A stretch of 62,935 nt of DNA, filler included, from Rhabdomonas costata (GCA_019059605.1; 11 parts of 11 records of this genome joined end to end with filler, not necessarily neighbours in it), one strand, 5' to 3'. Shown: positions 38,437-51,847, numbered from the whole stretch's first letter. A program made the numbers and translations. The notes: generated by a model not told the origin, from the sequence alone.

Positions 38437-40100
38437 CTGATGCTTTACCTGCCCCCAACGTACGCCCCACCAGGGACCTTTTCTTCCTTCACGGCACGAT
38501 CGCTGAGATAATCTGGCAAGGATCAAGAAGTATGGCCCTCCATACCTTGTTGCGCAGGGCCAGGTCCACCCTTTCGTGGTGGACTCCCCTCAGGCCTGGG
38601 TAACGGTGCAAGTTGAGCTCAGGGTTTCCGGGTCTCGTTAATGCATATGATTCTGTTACATGCTGGGCGTTTGTCTAAACCTTGTGCCCGCTTCCCCAGG
38701 AACACAAGCAGGTAGCGATGCACGCCCCCAATGTTCCAGTGGTAGATTTGCAGGGGGGGGGGAATACACGCAAATACCTCCCGGGTTGATAACACAAGGT
38801 TGGATGGGGGTTGACGTCAAGTACAGTATTCAGGTGCCGTGGGGACTCCGGCAGAAAATTTGTTGGGGGTCTGGGTGGCGATGCGTAAGACAAGATATAA
38901 CAATCTATTTTTAAACCAAGACAGAAAGAATGTTGCCGAAGAAGAATACAAGCAGAAACCTTGGGTTTGGAACAAAGAAAAAGCTAGTGGTGTGTAAACG
39001 AGACGAACTTGCATTCATGGGGATAGGGTCCAAACGAGTTCAATGGGGGTGGACGCCAGGGAGATCGGGATGGAAAGAAAGAAAGAAAGCAGGAGGAAGA
39101 AGAAGGAACGAGGGAGAGGAAGTGAGCGGAAGTGTAACTCCAGGACAAGTCGACGCAAACTGTAGAAAGGAAAAAGGTTGTTTGCAATGCCGCTCACTGG
39201 GTCGAGAGGTGTGTATGGTTGACAGATCCATATTCCTTATGCCGTAAGGGTTCACCACACAATGCATGTCAGATTTTGGTTGCCAGCTTTTCGATCTGAC
39301 CTGTGTTTTCTGATTACGAAACAGTCGCCCGGGGGGCGGGGGGCGGGGAAGAATCCTTTATTTATCACTACCAGGAATCTCACAATTTCTAGTGCAGCTG
39401 ATCAATTTCCAGTTCAGCTGAGAACTCCAAGGTAACTGGCGTGCGCCCTCCCCCTTCATTGTTCATTGTTCCGCTGTGGGAAGGCAGTTCCCTCCTCGCT
39501 TTGCTAGAAGCCATCCTGAGGGAGCATAGGGCAGACCCCAACCGGGTCTACCTAACCGCGGTGAGCATGGGTGACTTAGCCACGTACGCCCTAGCTGCGT
39601 CGGCCCCATGCTGCTTCGTGGCGATTGTGCCACGGCGCAGGTGAGTGAGGGGGTGCCGCGCGCTTTGGAACGCATACATTCGTTTTACGTTAAGCTCATG
39701 GTTAGGCGTGAGGCCTCCGTAGGCCAGTACCGTTGGTTGAGCTTCCCACAAGCCTCAGCATTGGCCTTTGGGCTGTGGCTTCCGAGTCACGTGGGTAGTA
39801 GCTAGGAACCTTGGCCCACATTTTGCTTTATTCACTTAGCAACCGGTATGCCCGTAGCTCGTTCTCCTTTAAAACAAAAGGCGTTGACTGACATCCCGAC
39901 ATGGGTCTTCCACAGCGCCATTGACCCCATCGTCCCGTTGACCTGCAGCACGGATGGTCGAGGCATTCAAGCAGGCCCACGGGAATGTCCAGCTCACCGT
40001 GTATCCCGAAGTGGAGCACGAGTTCTGGATCCAGGCCTACGCCGAGCCCAAGCTGTACGAATGGCTGCTGCTACTGCTGCTGCTGCAGAAACGGCCGCAC
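38437..40100 (+). pseudogene. Frameshifted, intron-containing bacterial-type alpha/beta hydrolase (predicted peptidase/phospholipase, COG4099-like)
   Basis: Ordered blocks LYLPPTY / FFLHG / DNLARIKKYGPP..HPFVVDSPQ / LLALLEAI..ADPNRVYLTAVSMGD / IPTWVFHSAIDPIVP / MVEAFK..GNVQLTVYPEVEHEFW..Y..PKLYEWLL. At least three frame changes (~38475, ~38500, ~39952) and an altered GxSxG motif. Confidence 0.8.
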
Positions 40101-40347
40101 GGTCTGCATTCTGGGTGTGCCTCACCCGACAAAGATGCAGCCTTGGTCGAAGAAAGAAAACACTGCAGATATCTCAACAAAAGAATGGCTTCTGGAACAC
40201 TAGCATTGCCATTTAATTCCAAACCAACNNNNNNNNNNNNNNNNNNNNNNNNNNNNNNNNNNNNNNNNNNNNTTAATTAATTAANNNNNNNNNNNNNNNN
40301 NNNNNNNNNNNNNNNNNNNNNNNNNNNNGGTGGTGGGTCCCCCGGAC

Positions 40348-41564
40348 CTCCGTCAGGCGGGCAAGAAGCATGGGGGCGTACAGGTTGTCCCGGACGTTCA
40401 GCACCAGCTTGTCAGGGCCTCCCTCCAGGAAGTCAATCGTGTTGATCCCTCCGCCGTGGGTGCCTAGCATTGGGCGAAAGAAGAATCTTCCGACGCCCCA
40501 AACCCCAACTCCAGAAACTCCGGAAGTCCGGCGCCATTATGGCGTTGTCCTGGCAGGGCTTCTCTACCGCAAATAGCATATCACGTTGTTCACGATGTGG
40601 CGTTCACCTGAGGAATCACGAATGAAGGGGTTTTAGCTCGATTCTGTCTGCTTGGCATTCCCTGGGAGCTTACTATTTGGATCTGGGAGCGCAGCAGCTT
40701 CCTTGCTTGCAACTCAAGAAGAACGTTTCTTATGTGAAATCTTTCTTTTTGCCATGATTGTACGCATGGTTTTTTGCATGTCCCTTTTCCTTTCATGAAA
40801 TTTCTTGTCAAAGCGGTTTTCGCTCAATTTTTTTCACCACAGACTATTCGATGTGCCCTGTTCACTTTCCGACTTCAGCCTTTTCCTTCCCTTGCTCACC
40901 AGTCTAAATTATTGCATTCCCTTTCCCGCGGACCCTGAACACTCTGTGCGCTGATTTCATTATTCAAAAACTAGCAACGAAAAAATGAAGCACGTAAACC
41001 GGAAAAACGTTTCATCTTCTCTAGGCCACCCAAAACATGCAAAGAAGTCAGTGATGAGAGTTGAGAGTTAAACACAAGGTGCGCCTTGAACCTTTTGTTG
41101 ACCCAGAAGACTTCCGAGAAAAAATTCATGGCACGAAAGAATATAAATCCATCTGAGGCCGAAGGGCTTACTGAGGGGGAGGGGGGTAGTTTGTTCGGAT
41201 CGCATGAGGAGGGTGCCATACGGCCAAGGCAGCTGATGACGTGGGTGGGTCGGACACGGTCCAGCTCCTCCTCCACGGCACTGTCGGCCTGCTTGCCAGG
41301 CTGGGCCTCCCCGACGACGAACGCAATGCCGTGCTTCTTGAGGTGGTCAATGATCTGCCCGCCGATCCACCCCTTGCCTCCGTACAGCAGGACCTTCATC
41401 TGGCTCTTCTTCATCGGCCGCAAGCCGGGCTTGCGGCTTCCGCCCCGTAGGCAGTGCACGGGGCAGAACCCCAGGTAGGCCGCGACAAGGGTCACGGCAG
41501 AGAACGCCAGCGCGGCGGCGACGGCCGTCGCGGCGGGCTTGTTGGAGAGCAGCTCAGACATCAT
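40348..41564 (-). CDS. NDP-4-keto-6-deoxyglucose 3,5-epimerase/4-reductase (NRS/ER or UGER-like, RmlD fold; rhamnose synthesis), 5' part
   Basis: Exons 41564-41222 and 40463-40348 join in phase: KVLLYGGKGWIGG (Rossmann), VRPTHVISCLGRTHGGGINTIDFLE..KLVLNVRDNLYAP. Confidence 0.88.
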
Positions 41565-42119
41565 CTTCAGGGTGAGGTGGCTTTTATTACCTTTCACTCC
41601 TTTTTCTTTCGGCTTCTACGCTTCTCAGGGCTGTAATCACGGGAGCAAGTTCGGGTGAAGAGAAGGGGACAGGGAAGAGACTGAAATACAACGCTGGTGT
41701 GAAGCCAGTGGCTCTCCACATTCCTCAATTCCATCAGAAAACGACGCGGATTATCAGCACAGGGCTGACATCCTTGGGCTTGAAGGTCCGTGGGGCGTGT
41801 ATCCATTTTCAGGTAATACCACGGAGAACATAAGGGAGCTCAACTTAGCTATTTTCGGCATATTGCTATTCCCACCACAGCGACACGTGAACCAGCCCCG
41901 GGCAAATGCTAAGCAAAAGTGAAATAATAACCCCGCAATCCAATAAATCCGAACCAGCAAAGAAAGATGAATGTTACTGTTTTCATTTTTAAATGTTTTC
42001 GCAAGGTTGTCCACGTCACGCGGTACACTGTATTATGCATGAGTGTAGTGTAGTGTCCAGTAAATCGAGGGATGTCCATTGTGTGTGCGTGTGTTCCAAA
42101 AGTGTGGGTGCTTGCTTAC

Positions 42120-44160
42120 AGGATTCATGGTGTCGTTGATCTCGCTTCTGGTTCTGCCGTGATATTTCGGTTCGTATCTTGGTTCCGGGTGAATGAAGGT
42201 TTCATACATTGTCGACAAAGCACCAAAGGTCGAACCAACCCCACCAAATATACTGCAAACGGCGACGAGGCCATTCAGGCCTTGTTTGAGACTCAGGCTT
42301 TTAATCACCAGCCCTGGAAATAGCAATAGAAAAGCATAAAATTATGTGCGTGCCAATATTTTAATAACTCTTTGGCAACCCCATTAAAATATCGCTCTCA
42401 CCGCCCCCAAACCCCTAATTGCTTGCAAACGTTCATAGCGGTTCATACCGGCACAGCGGGCGAGTACTACGAGCCGCCTGGAAGGCCAACGCCAGGGGAC
42501 GCAAGCCTCACACACTTTTGCCACATTTGTACAGTTCCAACTTTGAACTATGAAAGACGCTAAGCAGTTTAACCCCTCCCCCCTCTCCTGTACCCTCTCC
42601 ACAAGACCTGAAATGCTGACTGTGATGTGAGTCATTGTACAATACAATACAATGGTCCAGCGAGAATATGGGGAGGAGACGCTCAGTCCCGTGGAGGGGA
42701 GGGCGAAGGTTCGAGATAGCCCTGCAAGTAGTGTTCCCGCCCGGTGAGCATCTCGGGCTCATCTGTGGTACCAAAGCAGAGATGGGGGAACATCATATGA
42801 TTTAAAGCGACTCGAGAACGATGTTCTCAAATGAAAATCTGATCAAGCCCTGATGATGGGCAGTAACTGTAAACCACGCTTCCCTTGCATGTCTTTGTCT
42901 GTCGTGTCTTTGTCTTTTTGTGTGTTGAGAATAGCCCTTAGAGGTAACACATTGGCACTTTGACACTTGAAAGAGAACTGCAAGGCACATTATTCAAGTA
43001 CCCAAGGCAACACTCTAACTTCATCAACAGTTTATATACCGGTGGTGTACCTTCAATTTAGACACCGGATAGTAACTAAGAATGGTGGTTGCACAAGGAG
43101 CGCGTGGGATTAATTCTCCGTGGGACCATCTACTGGACTAACATGCACCCTCCTAACCACCCGACTGTTCACACATATACATACATACCGATGGTCAGCA
43201 GAATACCGGACGACTGAAGACGAACACCATCCAATGAAGAAAACAAAAACAGCAGGATACATCGTAAGCAAAAAACCATAGAATGACGGTAAATGGAGGA
43301 TAACCAACGCCAAAAATGCAAACAAGCGTCTGAAAGTCACCGTACTCCCCATCAAAATTTGTTGCTCACAATTCTCTTACTTTTGGTTTTTTACTTGCTT
43401 TGTTATCCGCAATGACGGGAACAGTTCCTGAAAGACGACCCTTCCTGATGAGCAGAAAGTAAAGTAAAGTAAAGTAAAGTAAAGTAAAGTAAAGTAAAGT
43501 AAAGTAAAGTAAAGTAAAGTAAAGTAAAGTAAAGTAAAGTAAAGTAAAGTAAAGTAAAGTAAAGTAAAGTAAAGTAAAGTAAAGTAAAGTAAAGTAAAGT
43601 AAAGTAAAGTAAAGTAAAGTAAAGTAAAGTAAAGCAAAGTAAAGTAAAGCAAAGAAAAGGCCCGATACTCTTCGACCTTTTTCTTGTACGCCACACCTAC
43701 CTTAAAAAATTCAACGAGCAGGACAAAGCAATGAAACACCTGCAAACTGGTAGGCGTGCGGCGGACTCAGACTGATGGTATGGTGCAACTCTTCTGCAGG
43801 TCGGCTGCTTAACGAGGGCCGAGACGCAATTCCCACCTCCATTAGCTCTCTGAAACAGTAAAACCAAAAGGACAAACACCAGAGATCTGGACAAAAGCTG
43901 GTGGAGCTATACTTGCGAATCCACCAGCCAACCCCACCAACCATTACACTAAGAGTAGGATTCAGTGAATTAAGTGAGGAGAGGCGTTCACATTCGATCA
44001 CAGAAGGGAGAGACGTGAGCGCAAGAGACAATAAGAGAGAGAGAGAGAGCTATATCCTAGAGCTCCATCCTGACAACAAAGAACAGAGACGCAATAAGTC
44101 ACAAGCGCACCCGTCACCCTCCTCCAAGTCCACCATGGAGACAAACTGAGATTCCACCTG
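42120..44160 (-). CDS. Possible small exons of a hydrophobic hypothetical protein
   Basis: Short segments following AG acceptors, mostly with GT donors, e.g. VFHCFVLLVEFFK, LFAFLALVILHL and GLVIKSLSLKQGLNGLVAVCSIFGGVG. No full model could be resolved. Confidence 0.3.
43456..43655 (+). repeat. (AAAGT)n pentanucleotide microsatellite, about 40 units
   Basis: 35 perfect units at 43456-43630, followed by AAAGC/AAAGA variants. Confidence 0.99.
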
Positions 44161-47156
44161 AGGGAGAATACACGTTATCGGATTGCGACGGTTGCAGGGA
44201 AAACGGGAAAACGCCTCTCCTCGTTGGGCTGATGTTGCCAAGCGGGTCTGCGCGGGCGAAGCCTACCTACCGGCCCCAGTTACCCATCATATTTGCGTAT
44301 GATACTCTGTATGTTCCCCTGTGGAGCTCCATTGAATAAACATTGAGCGTGAGCGTCATGGTGTTGCTCGCCCAGCCTGACATTCTAAGCTGTCACTAGG
44401 GGCAGTTATCAAGATGAACTAAAACGGGAGCAGGCAGTAAGGTGCCTCTTGGTCTGCTGTTGGGGGGAGTGCCTAAGCTGTCTGATCTGGCTGACGGCAA
44501 GGTCATGGTGAATTGAAGCGGGTAAAGTGGCAAGAAGAAGGAAGAAACACAACAAAAACGCAAAGAAGAAGCTCAACGGGTTCTGAGTGTGCATGATTGC
44601 GAAGCTAAACGGGAGGGAAAGGTAGAAACACCCACCTGCCCCACGGACGACTCCCAGGGAAAGTTCCACGGAGCTTCTTCCATCCCTGCAGGTGCGTGGG
44701 CTAAAGCAAAGCGAGGGAAGGGGACCCACAGTGGAAAGGGGCGGTGACTACCTTCCAACCGAGCAAGAAACAAATGGGACATACAAGCCCAAAAGTAGCA
44801 TTAACACTGCCCAAAGGGGGAAGGCCTGATCTTTATATAGGGTCCGTGACCAATGCCCTGTAGTAGACGGAAGACCTCTCCCACTTGTCCATCAAAGCCC
44901 AGGAGCCCGGGAGCCCAAGGGGGTGAGAAGTGCAAAAAAAAGGAGGAGACACTTCAATGCCTTGCCGGACACAAAGAAAAGCGAGAAAAGATGAGTGAGC
45001 GTTATCTGACCTAGCCTTGCTGAATTCCGCATTAAGTCGAGGACAGGGTCGGAGAGCTTCAACCCAAACTCCTGTTCTCACCCCCAAAAATAGGGGATCA
45101 CTCATAACGAGTTGCTATTCATCCGAGCACAATGCTGGAATGCTGGAATGGAGGTGTACCTGAGGTTCGTAGGCTGGCGCTGACATGATCCGGTGCTTCC
45201 CAGGGGTTTGCCAGTACAGGCCCATGGGTGTCCAAGCCATTTCCAGAGGCTCTTCTCCGTTTTGCCTTCAAGAGTGTGTGTGTGTGGGGGGGGGGGAGCG
45301 TGCGTGTGAAGGTTCCGGGACAAAAGCACCAAGCATGGCACTGAATAAATCAACCCGAAGAAGAGGAACCAAGGGAAATGGAAGCAGAGAAGGCAGAGTG
45401 GTTTGAGGTGGCTGGTTGATTCCCCCATATAAGGTCGTAGGGCAGGAACTTCTTCTGCGCAAGAAATCGTTTCGAAAAAGAAGTGAGGGACGATGCTCCA
45501 CCAACTTCGCTCCTGCTGCTGCTCGGGAGGGAAGAAGATCAATTAACCCTTAATCGCCTGGTGCATCCCGAACGAAACAAGCATCACATTTTCAAGAGGA
45601 ATACTCCGATTTCACACAAGCACACGCACACACACAGAAGCGGCTGGACAATAGCTGGTTCCTAGAGCCACACTTATCCCAAAAGATGATCGGACCACAT
45701 CCTCGTCGTCGTGCAAACCTTGCGCATGGCCCCAGCAGTATTTCTTGAGGGCTTTTCAACTGCTTTAAACAAAGATGCACGCACTTGGTGCACTTGGCAA
45801 GAATACATTTTTCTGGGGAGGACTCGAGGTCCACTTTCCCCCTGGGCTCCCTCCTTTCGATGGGGCATGTGCCCATCGGGCCTCACACCCTTGTCGGCCC
45901 ATGGTAACTTGTCCCGCTGTCTTGTCATAAATGCACACNNNNNNNNNNNNNNNNNNNNNNNNNNNNNNNNNNNNNNNNNNNNTTAATTAATTAANNNNNN
46001 NNNNNNNNNNNNNNNNNNNNNNNNNNNNNNNNNNNNNNGTTGTTGTTGCGCTTTAGGTGCAGTGCATTTATGCTTCAAGTTTTGCTCTGAAACTTGCTTG
46101 CGCATTCTTCTGCTCTGCAGAGTTCCGCACTCACGCACGCTCAGAAAGAGAGTTGCATGTCCAACACGAAAAATCAAGAGAGAGAGAGAGAGAGAAATCA
46201 AGTGTGAATCCACTGTACGGCTTTGGTCGCATTGGTGGCTTCGGCAGTGAGTCCAAGCAGTGAGCCCGTCCTGTCCGTGACCGAGTCGCTAAAAATCTGA
46301 CCATGTGGTGAAATCTATACTGCTGCCACTACTTTGTAGGCACCTCTTCGTGGACTTTTTCATGGGTCATTGTGTCCTGCTTTGCTGCAACCGGCTCTCC
46401 ACCGGTGTTGCTGTTGTGTGCGATTGTAAGAGCCTGTGAGCCAATGCCCCTTCGAGGGTGGGGAATCACGAGTCTTTCCCAGAAAATAGAGTTGCCCTAG
46501 TGCACAAAGTGTGTTTGTTTCGTTTGCGTTTTTGTTTGTGTGTGGCTTTTTAATTCGTGTCCCCCTTTGTTTTAGGCCCGAGGCACGTCTCAGCTCACAG
46601 CTGCCGGGCGGCCTCTCAAGGCCCAGTTCTGTGTTCCGGGCCAGGACGTTGTGAAGGACAAGTATGCTCTTCCTGAATTGAAACGCACCCCCCCCCCCTT
46701 GCATTTCTGCTGTCGCCTGTGATGTTTACACGCGATACTGAAGAGATGGAGATCGCCATTAAGGAAGCGGAGCCAGAATATCGATTGGAAAGTTGATTTC
46801 TATTTTTTAACTCATGTTACAAGAAACCAGGAAAGAAATTCAAAGTCCTTCTTCTTAGATCTCGGAATGGTGCTCCTCGATATTTAGCGGATGACTCGAA
46901 ACAGCCACTCTTGCCTCAGCGGAAATTTATTTCTAATGGAGCCCCATTCATGTGCACGTCGGCACTCGTTGTATGTCCTGGACCATAGTCGCGTCTGCAC
47001 AGCCAGACTCGCAGTCATCGCTGGAATGGAGAAAATTGTGCCTGGTATGTGTTGTGTTGTGTCGAGGAATTGTCTGAATCATCTTTGGGTTGGCGGTTTT
47101 GGCGGTTAAAGTACCGTTACCCCGCCTTATGTCATTGTTGTATTTGAACTGAGTAG

Positions 47157-50100
47157 GTACCTACTGAAGTTCAGCTTGGATGTCAAAGAGCGGCTCAGTG
47201 TGGTTATTCGCCGCGCACCCGACTGCACCTCGTGCCGGCTCTCGTACTGCCTCGGGGCGGGCCACGGCGGGGGGTCTCCTCTACACGCTCCCCTGCGCTC
47301 CCCTCGGGCAGGCGCTTTGGGGGCTGGCGGGGTGTCCCCCCGGCACTCGCACCGCGATTCCCCAGGCAAATTCAGCCTGTCCAGCTTGGGCGGCACCCCG
47401 CACAAGCGAAGGACGGTGAAGGTAGGAACATGTGTCCGCTGTTCACCTCTGCCCTTTCAGAGTTGCAGCGAGAAGGGATGATCGGGGATTTTTAACTTAC
47501 AGAAGGAAAACGTTAGGCACAATTTCCAAAGGTCCACAGCCTACTTCGGCTTCTGTTGCTCACCCAAGAAAAGAGCGAGCTCATGGTTTGGTCACTATAT
47601 TTTTAATGTCCTTGCAGGGGAGACGTTGCTGCCATTTGGATGGGACTGCCCATACTCATCGCGAATATGTTTGCACAGCTGTGTTCTTATGGAAGCCTCA
47701 CCTGCCGCATTGCCCCTTTTCGCTATTTCGCCTTTGCAGGACAACGATCTGGTCAAGCCTCCTTCCTCGCTTGTCAACCGAAGCCGGACGCAGCCTCCCA
47801 CTGCTCGCGTGTGTGCTGATGTGTCTGTGGATGTGCGAGCATGGCAAAGCTATGGGCAAACGTACAAGTCGCGTTGTTCTGCGTGTTGGTGCTCTTTTCT
47901 ATGCACCAGCGGACAGTGCGCTTCACTCTCTGGATTCCATCGATGAGTTTGCATGGTCTGCGTGACTGACTACTCAATGGGCGTTTTTGTAGTTTTATTA
48001 TCTTTCTTATCATTCCTTCAGGCCAGCGCTGAAGGGATTTACTTGGCAGTAAGCTACAGTGATGCCGTGACGGTGTACGACGTGGGCCGAGTTTCAGGGG
48101 TTTGTCTCTCTTCACCTCTTTTTCACACTACCACCGCATGCCGCAGTAGTAAAAGCGTGGCCGCCATCCACTGAACAGACTCTCATATGGTGTGGTTTCT
48201 GCCCCTTGCAGCATGCTGTTGATACGGTTGAGTTTCACCTGCCTCCGCTCTGCGTGGACCTGAGCATGCAAATGGGGGAGCCGAGCCTTGCCGTCGGTGT
48301 GTGTCTTCTTCGTTTTTGTGTGCGCATGACTGCCTCTCTCTCTCCGCGTGCGTGCGTGCGTGCGTGCACATGAGGTTGCTGGGAGAAGAAGAAAAGACGA
48401 AGAGTTAAAAGAGACGTTTAAGCAGAATGGGGAAGCGAAGAAAGTTGGAGCGCCGTAAAGCTGTCGGTGAAGTGCGATTGAGGTTTCACAAGATTCGTTG
48501 CAGATGTTGCCCGAAAACTGGCCTGGCAGCGGGAGAATATCCGAAAACCCTTTGGACGCAGAAAGACCTCTAACGATGTCCAGTGAACGTAATTTGTGTG
48601 CATGTGTCTTTCTGGTCTCTCTCCCGAAAGGTTTCGACAGTGGAGATGTTGCTGTCTGGAGCCCGACACTACGGAGAATGACAGCGAGGTACAACCGAGA
48701 GGTTTGCTCCTGATTATCTTCTGTTTACCATCTTTTTCCCTTTCTCGAGTTTTTCGGGTTTGTGTGTGTGTTCTTTTTTCAGAAGCTTGTGGAAGCAACA
48801 GCCGTTCGTACGGTGCGTTGGCACCCCTGTGAGCAGCACCAGCTGCTTGCAGGTCACGCTTCCGGTGCGTCGGTTTATCAGAGATGGTTTCGTATTTGCC
48901 ACTTTCTACTTTTCCTTATAGATGAAAATGGCAATGCAATTATACTCCAATTGGGATTCTTTGGTTTGTGCGCGTACAAAAGGTTAAGGGTCGACGCTGA
49001 GGTGATCGTTCATTTCCCTACACACTTTCATGAATTGCCAAGAGTGACCGTGTTACAGCACGCATGCTCTCCACAGGTGTGCTGTATGTGTACAGTCAAA
49101 GACTCACTGACGAGGCCCCGTTTCCAAGGGATGCGGACATGTATGCGCCTTGCTCCTTTAGCTTCCCTGACTGCACCCGTGATTTTTGTATGATGATTCA
49201 TTTACTTTGCGCGTCGTCAGTTTCCTGTTCTTGTATGCAGTTTGTTTGTGTGTGTGCGTTGTTGTGAGATCCTTGCCTTGCAGCTCAAGAGGGGCGCAGA
49301 ATCATCCTGCATCCCGCTGCAATCCTGCCCTGAGGTGGTCGATTTCCAAGAAAGCTCTCATTGGTGTGTCCTCATTCGCGCCGTGAATGTCACACAGGGG
49401 CTAGCCAGCAAATCATTGTTTGACTTCCCCTCACGAAGTGAAGAGCAGAGAGAAGTGAAGAGCACCTTTGTTGTAAGAGGGAGTCCCATATCTCGCCGCA
49501 TCATGTCCAGCTGTAGTCGTACTTCATTCCCAGATTCAGTTCCTTCTGTTTCACATATTGTGCACGGTTCGAAGGATGGATGAGAATTCACCTCTTTCAT
49601 TTGGCGCACAACATGAACCAAAACGCTTTCAGCTATTAAGTTTGTACGAGGAGCTTGATAAGGTAGAATTACTGAGCAGAGTTGCTGTGAGATGTGGATT
49701 ATCAAGGTTGAGCAGCCCACCCGAACGCCGTAACGAAAGGGAAAAAGTGCCAGGGGGATTTTCTTTTAGTACAGCGTGTATGAGTTTGTCCCGCTTTTCG
49801 TTGTCAGAGATGTCGTTCTCACCCTCTGGTCGCTTTCTGGCGGTGTCCTCGCGAGACTGCCACTGCTACATCCTGCACTGGGTAGCAAGGAGGTGTGTGT
49901 GTGATTGCTTTCGCGTTTTTACAGTCTGGCTTTGTTCTCTGCCTGGTTGGTGGCATCTGCTTGCTGACTTCTCGCTTCAGAACAATGTCAGTTTGATAAT
50001 GGTAATTGTCCTGGGGGCTGTTTTCCTTTGTGATTTTCTTCTCTTAGTGTTGACCTGCAACCCGGAACCTACCTTTCGGTGCTTTGTAATCCCTTACGAA

Positions 50101-50649
50101 GCAAGTGCACTTGTGTCCCATTTGGTGCCTATGCTGTACCTGTGTTATTGCTCTGCGACCGTGGCCAATCACATGCCGCGGCCTGACTGACATCAGGGCA
50201 AGGTCCTCCCAATATTACATACCAATATTACATACGGCCCTCCATAACCGTTTGCCTCCGTTTGTGCTGCAGGGTGAAGGTCAAGATCGAGTCCTTTTTT
50301 GGCTGTATCATCGCCATGGCGTGGAGTCCTGACGAGCTGTACCTCGTTGTACGTGTTCACCTTTTCCTTATTTTTTTTTTGCATAAGACAAAAATGATGG
50401 CCTATCGTTCGTTGCCACAGCTCAGAGCTGAGTGAAACGGGTGAGCTGTTACTCTTTTTTTATAACACCCAAGCCCAAGTGTACGATCCGCTCAGAGATG
50501 TCAGGGTAGTGATTATGATCATCACACCTTCGGTGATGCTGTAACTGCTTCAGACTGGAGGAGAAGATGATTGCTTGAGCATCTTTGATGTCAAGGCGGA
50601 GGTGATGGTAGGTCGTTGCTGCGGCCACCACTCATGGGTCTGTGCTGTG
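47157..50649 (+). CDS. WDR20: WD40-repeat protein of the WDR20/DMWD/CreC family; both ends unresolved
   Basis: Eleven exons, all in phase: 47157-47421, 47740-47808, 48022-48099, 48212-48296, 48631-48701, 48783-48864, 49077-49140, 49284-49363, 49808-49892, 50273-50348 and 50554-50649. Motifs GHASGVLYVY, CNPALRW, FSPSGRFLA, SFFG..AWSPD..YLVTGGEDD and GHHSWV. Confidence 0.9.
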
Positions 50650-51727
50650 GTGCGTGGGTTTGAGTGTACCGTGCTGGCACGCGTGACCGCAATGCCCCTT
50701 CATTTGTACTTGCTCTTCTTCTGGAAAGAGGTGTCAAAAGGTTCCAAAAAAATAAAAGCAAAGGAAATTTCGCCCCATTCCGGGATCAATGTGGACGGCA
50801 ACGCCAGGAAAACTACCACACTAAACTAATGTATCAAACGGGCTTCCCCCTACATCGCCTTTAACAAAATATGCTCGTCTATATGTGCTGCTTACAATGT
50901 AAAGTGGTGTTAAGCACTTGTGTTTGCATGTATTTGTGTTTTCAGGTTTCCTCTGTTTCGTTTGACCTGTGGCGTTCGGAGAGATCCGATACAGGTGCTG
51001 TGCCCTGCTCTTTTCCTGAAATTAGCCTCTTTCGCTCTGAAAAATGTTTGCGCCCATAGTGCTGGTTGATGCGGAATTGCGGCATCGAGGATTCAGGGGC
51101 CTGAGATCGCACGCTCTCATGGCCCAGCTGTTTTCAGGGTACCGGGCATTGTGCTCGGTCCGTATCAGCGGCCCAACCGCATGTCGTCTTTTCCCTAAAG
51201 CTCCCCAACACACTATCTCTCAACTTATTTAGGCTCCTCTCTGCGCTCATACATAGAGACTCCTTGCAAGTACGGGAGGTTCCCAGTGTGGCCTCGGCCG
51301 GAACAGCGTCTCTCTCTCTCTCTCTCTCTTCTGGTCCTGGCTCAGACCTGGTGACAAAAAAGGCAAAAGGCCCGGAGGAGCGTCACCACCATCACCACCA
51401 TGATAAGCCCTCATGGTTTGTGGTTTATTAAAAACTTTCAGACTGTATTCGTTTGTTGCATCCACAATCAGCTCTTGGATGCTCGGGAACACAGGCAGAA
51501 CAAAACAATGTAGATTCTTGGTGTTAACAAAACTTCTTGTAAATAGTGTCCACCTGAGGGGACCATTTGCCTTTCGTCACTACATAGTGCTTGTCTATTG
51601 CGGGCTGCATTTTGTACTCCNNNNNNNNNNNNNNNNNNNNNNNNNNNNNNNNNNNNNNNNNNNNTTAATTAATTAANNNNNNNNNNNNNNNNNNNNNNNN
51701 NNNNNNNNNNNNNNNNNNNNGGTTTGG

Positions 51728-51847
51728 TGTGCGGATTATATCCGAGCCATTTTGCAGGATCCGGTCTCACCAAAAACGACAGTTGATTTTATAACTCTGC
51801 TCATTGAAACAATGGCACAACAAGATGGCTCGGATATAATCCGCACA
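51728..51847. repeat. 120-bp MITE-like or hairpin element with perfect 23-bp inverted repeats
   Basis: TGTGCGGATTATATCCGAGCCAT (51728-51750) is the exact reverse complement of 51825-51847. Confidence 0.85.

Noticed and set aside
43377..43745. ORFs with (LLYFT)n repeats
   Set aside because: These are translations of the pentamer microsatellite.
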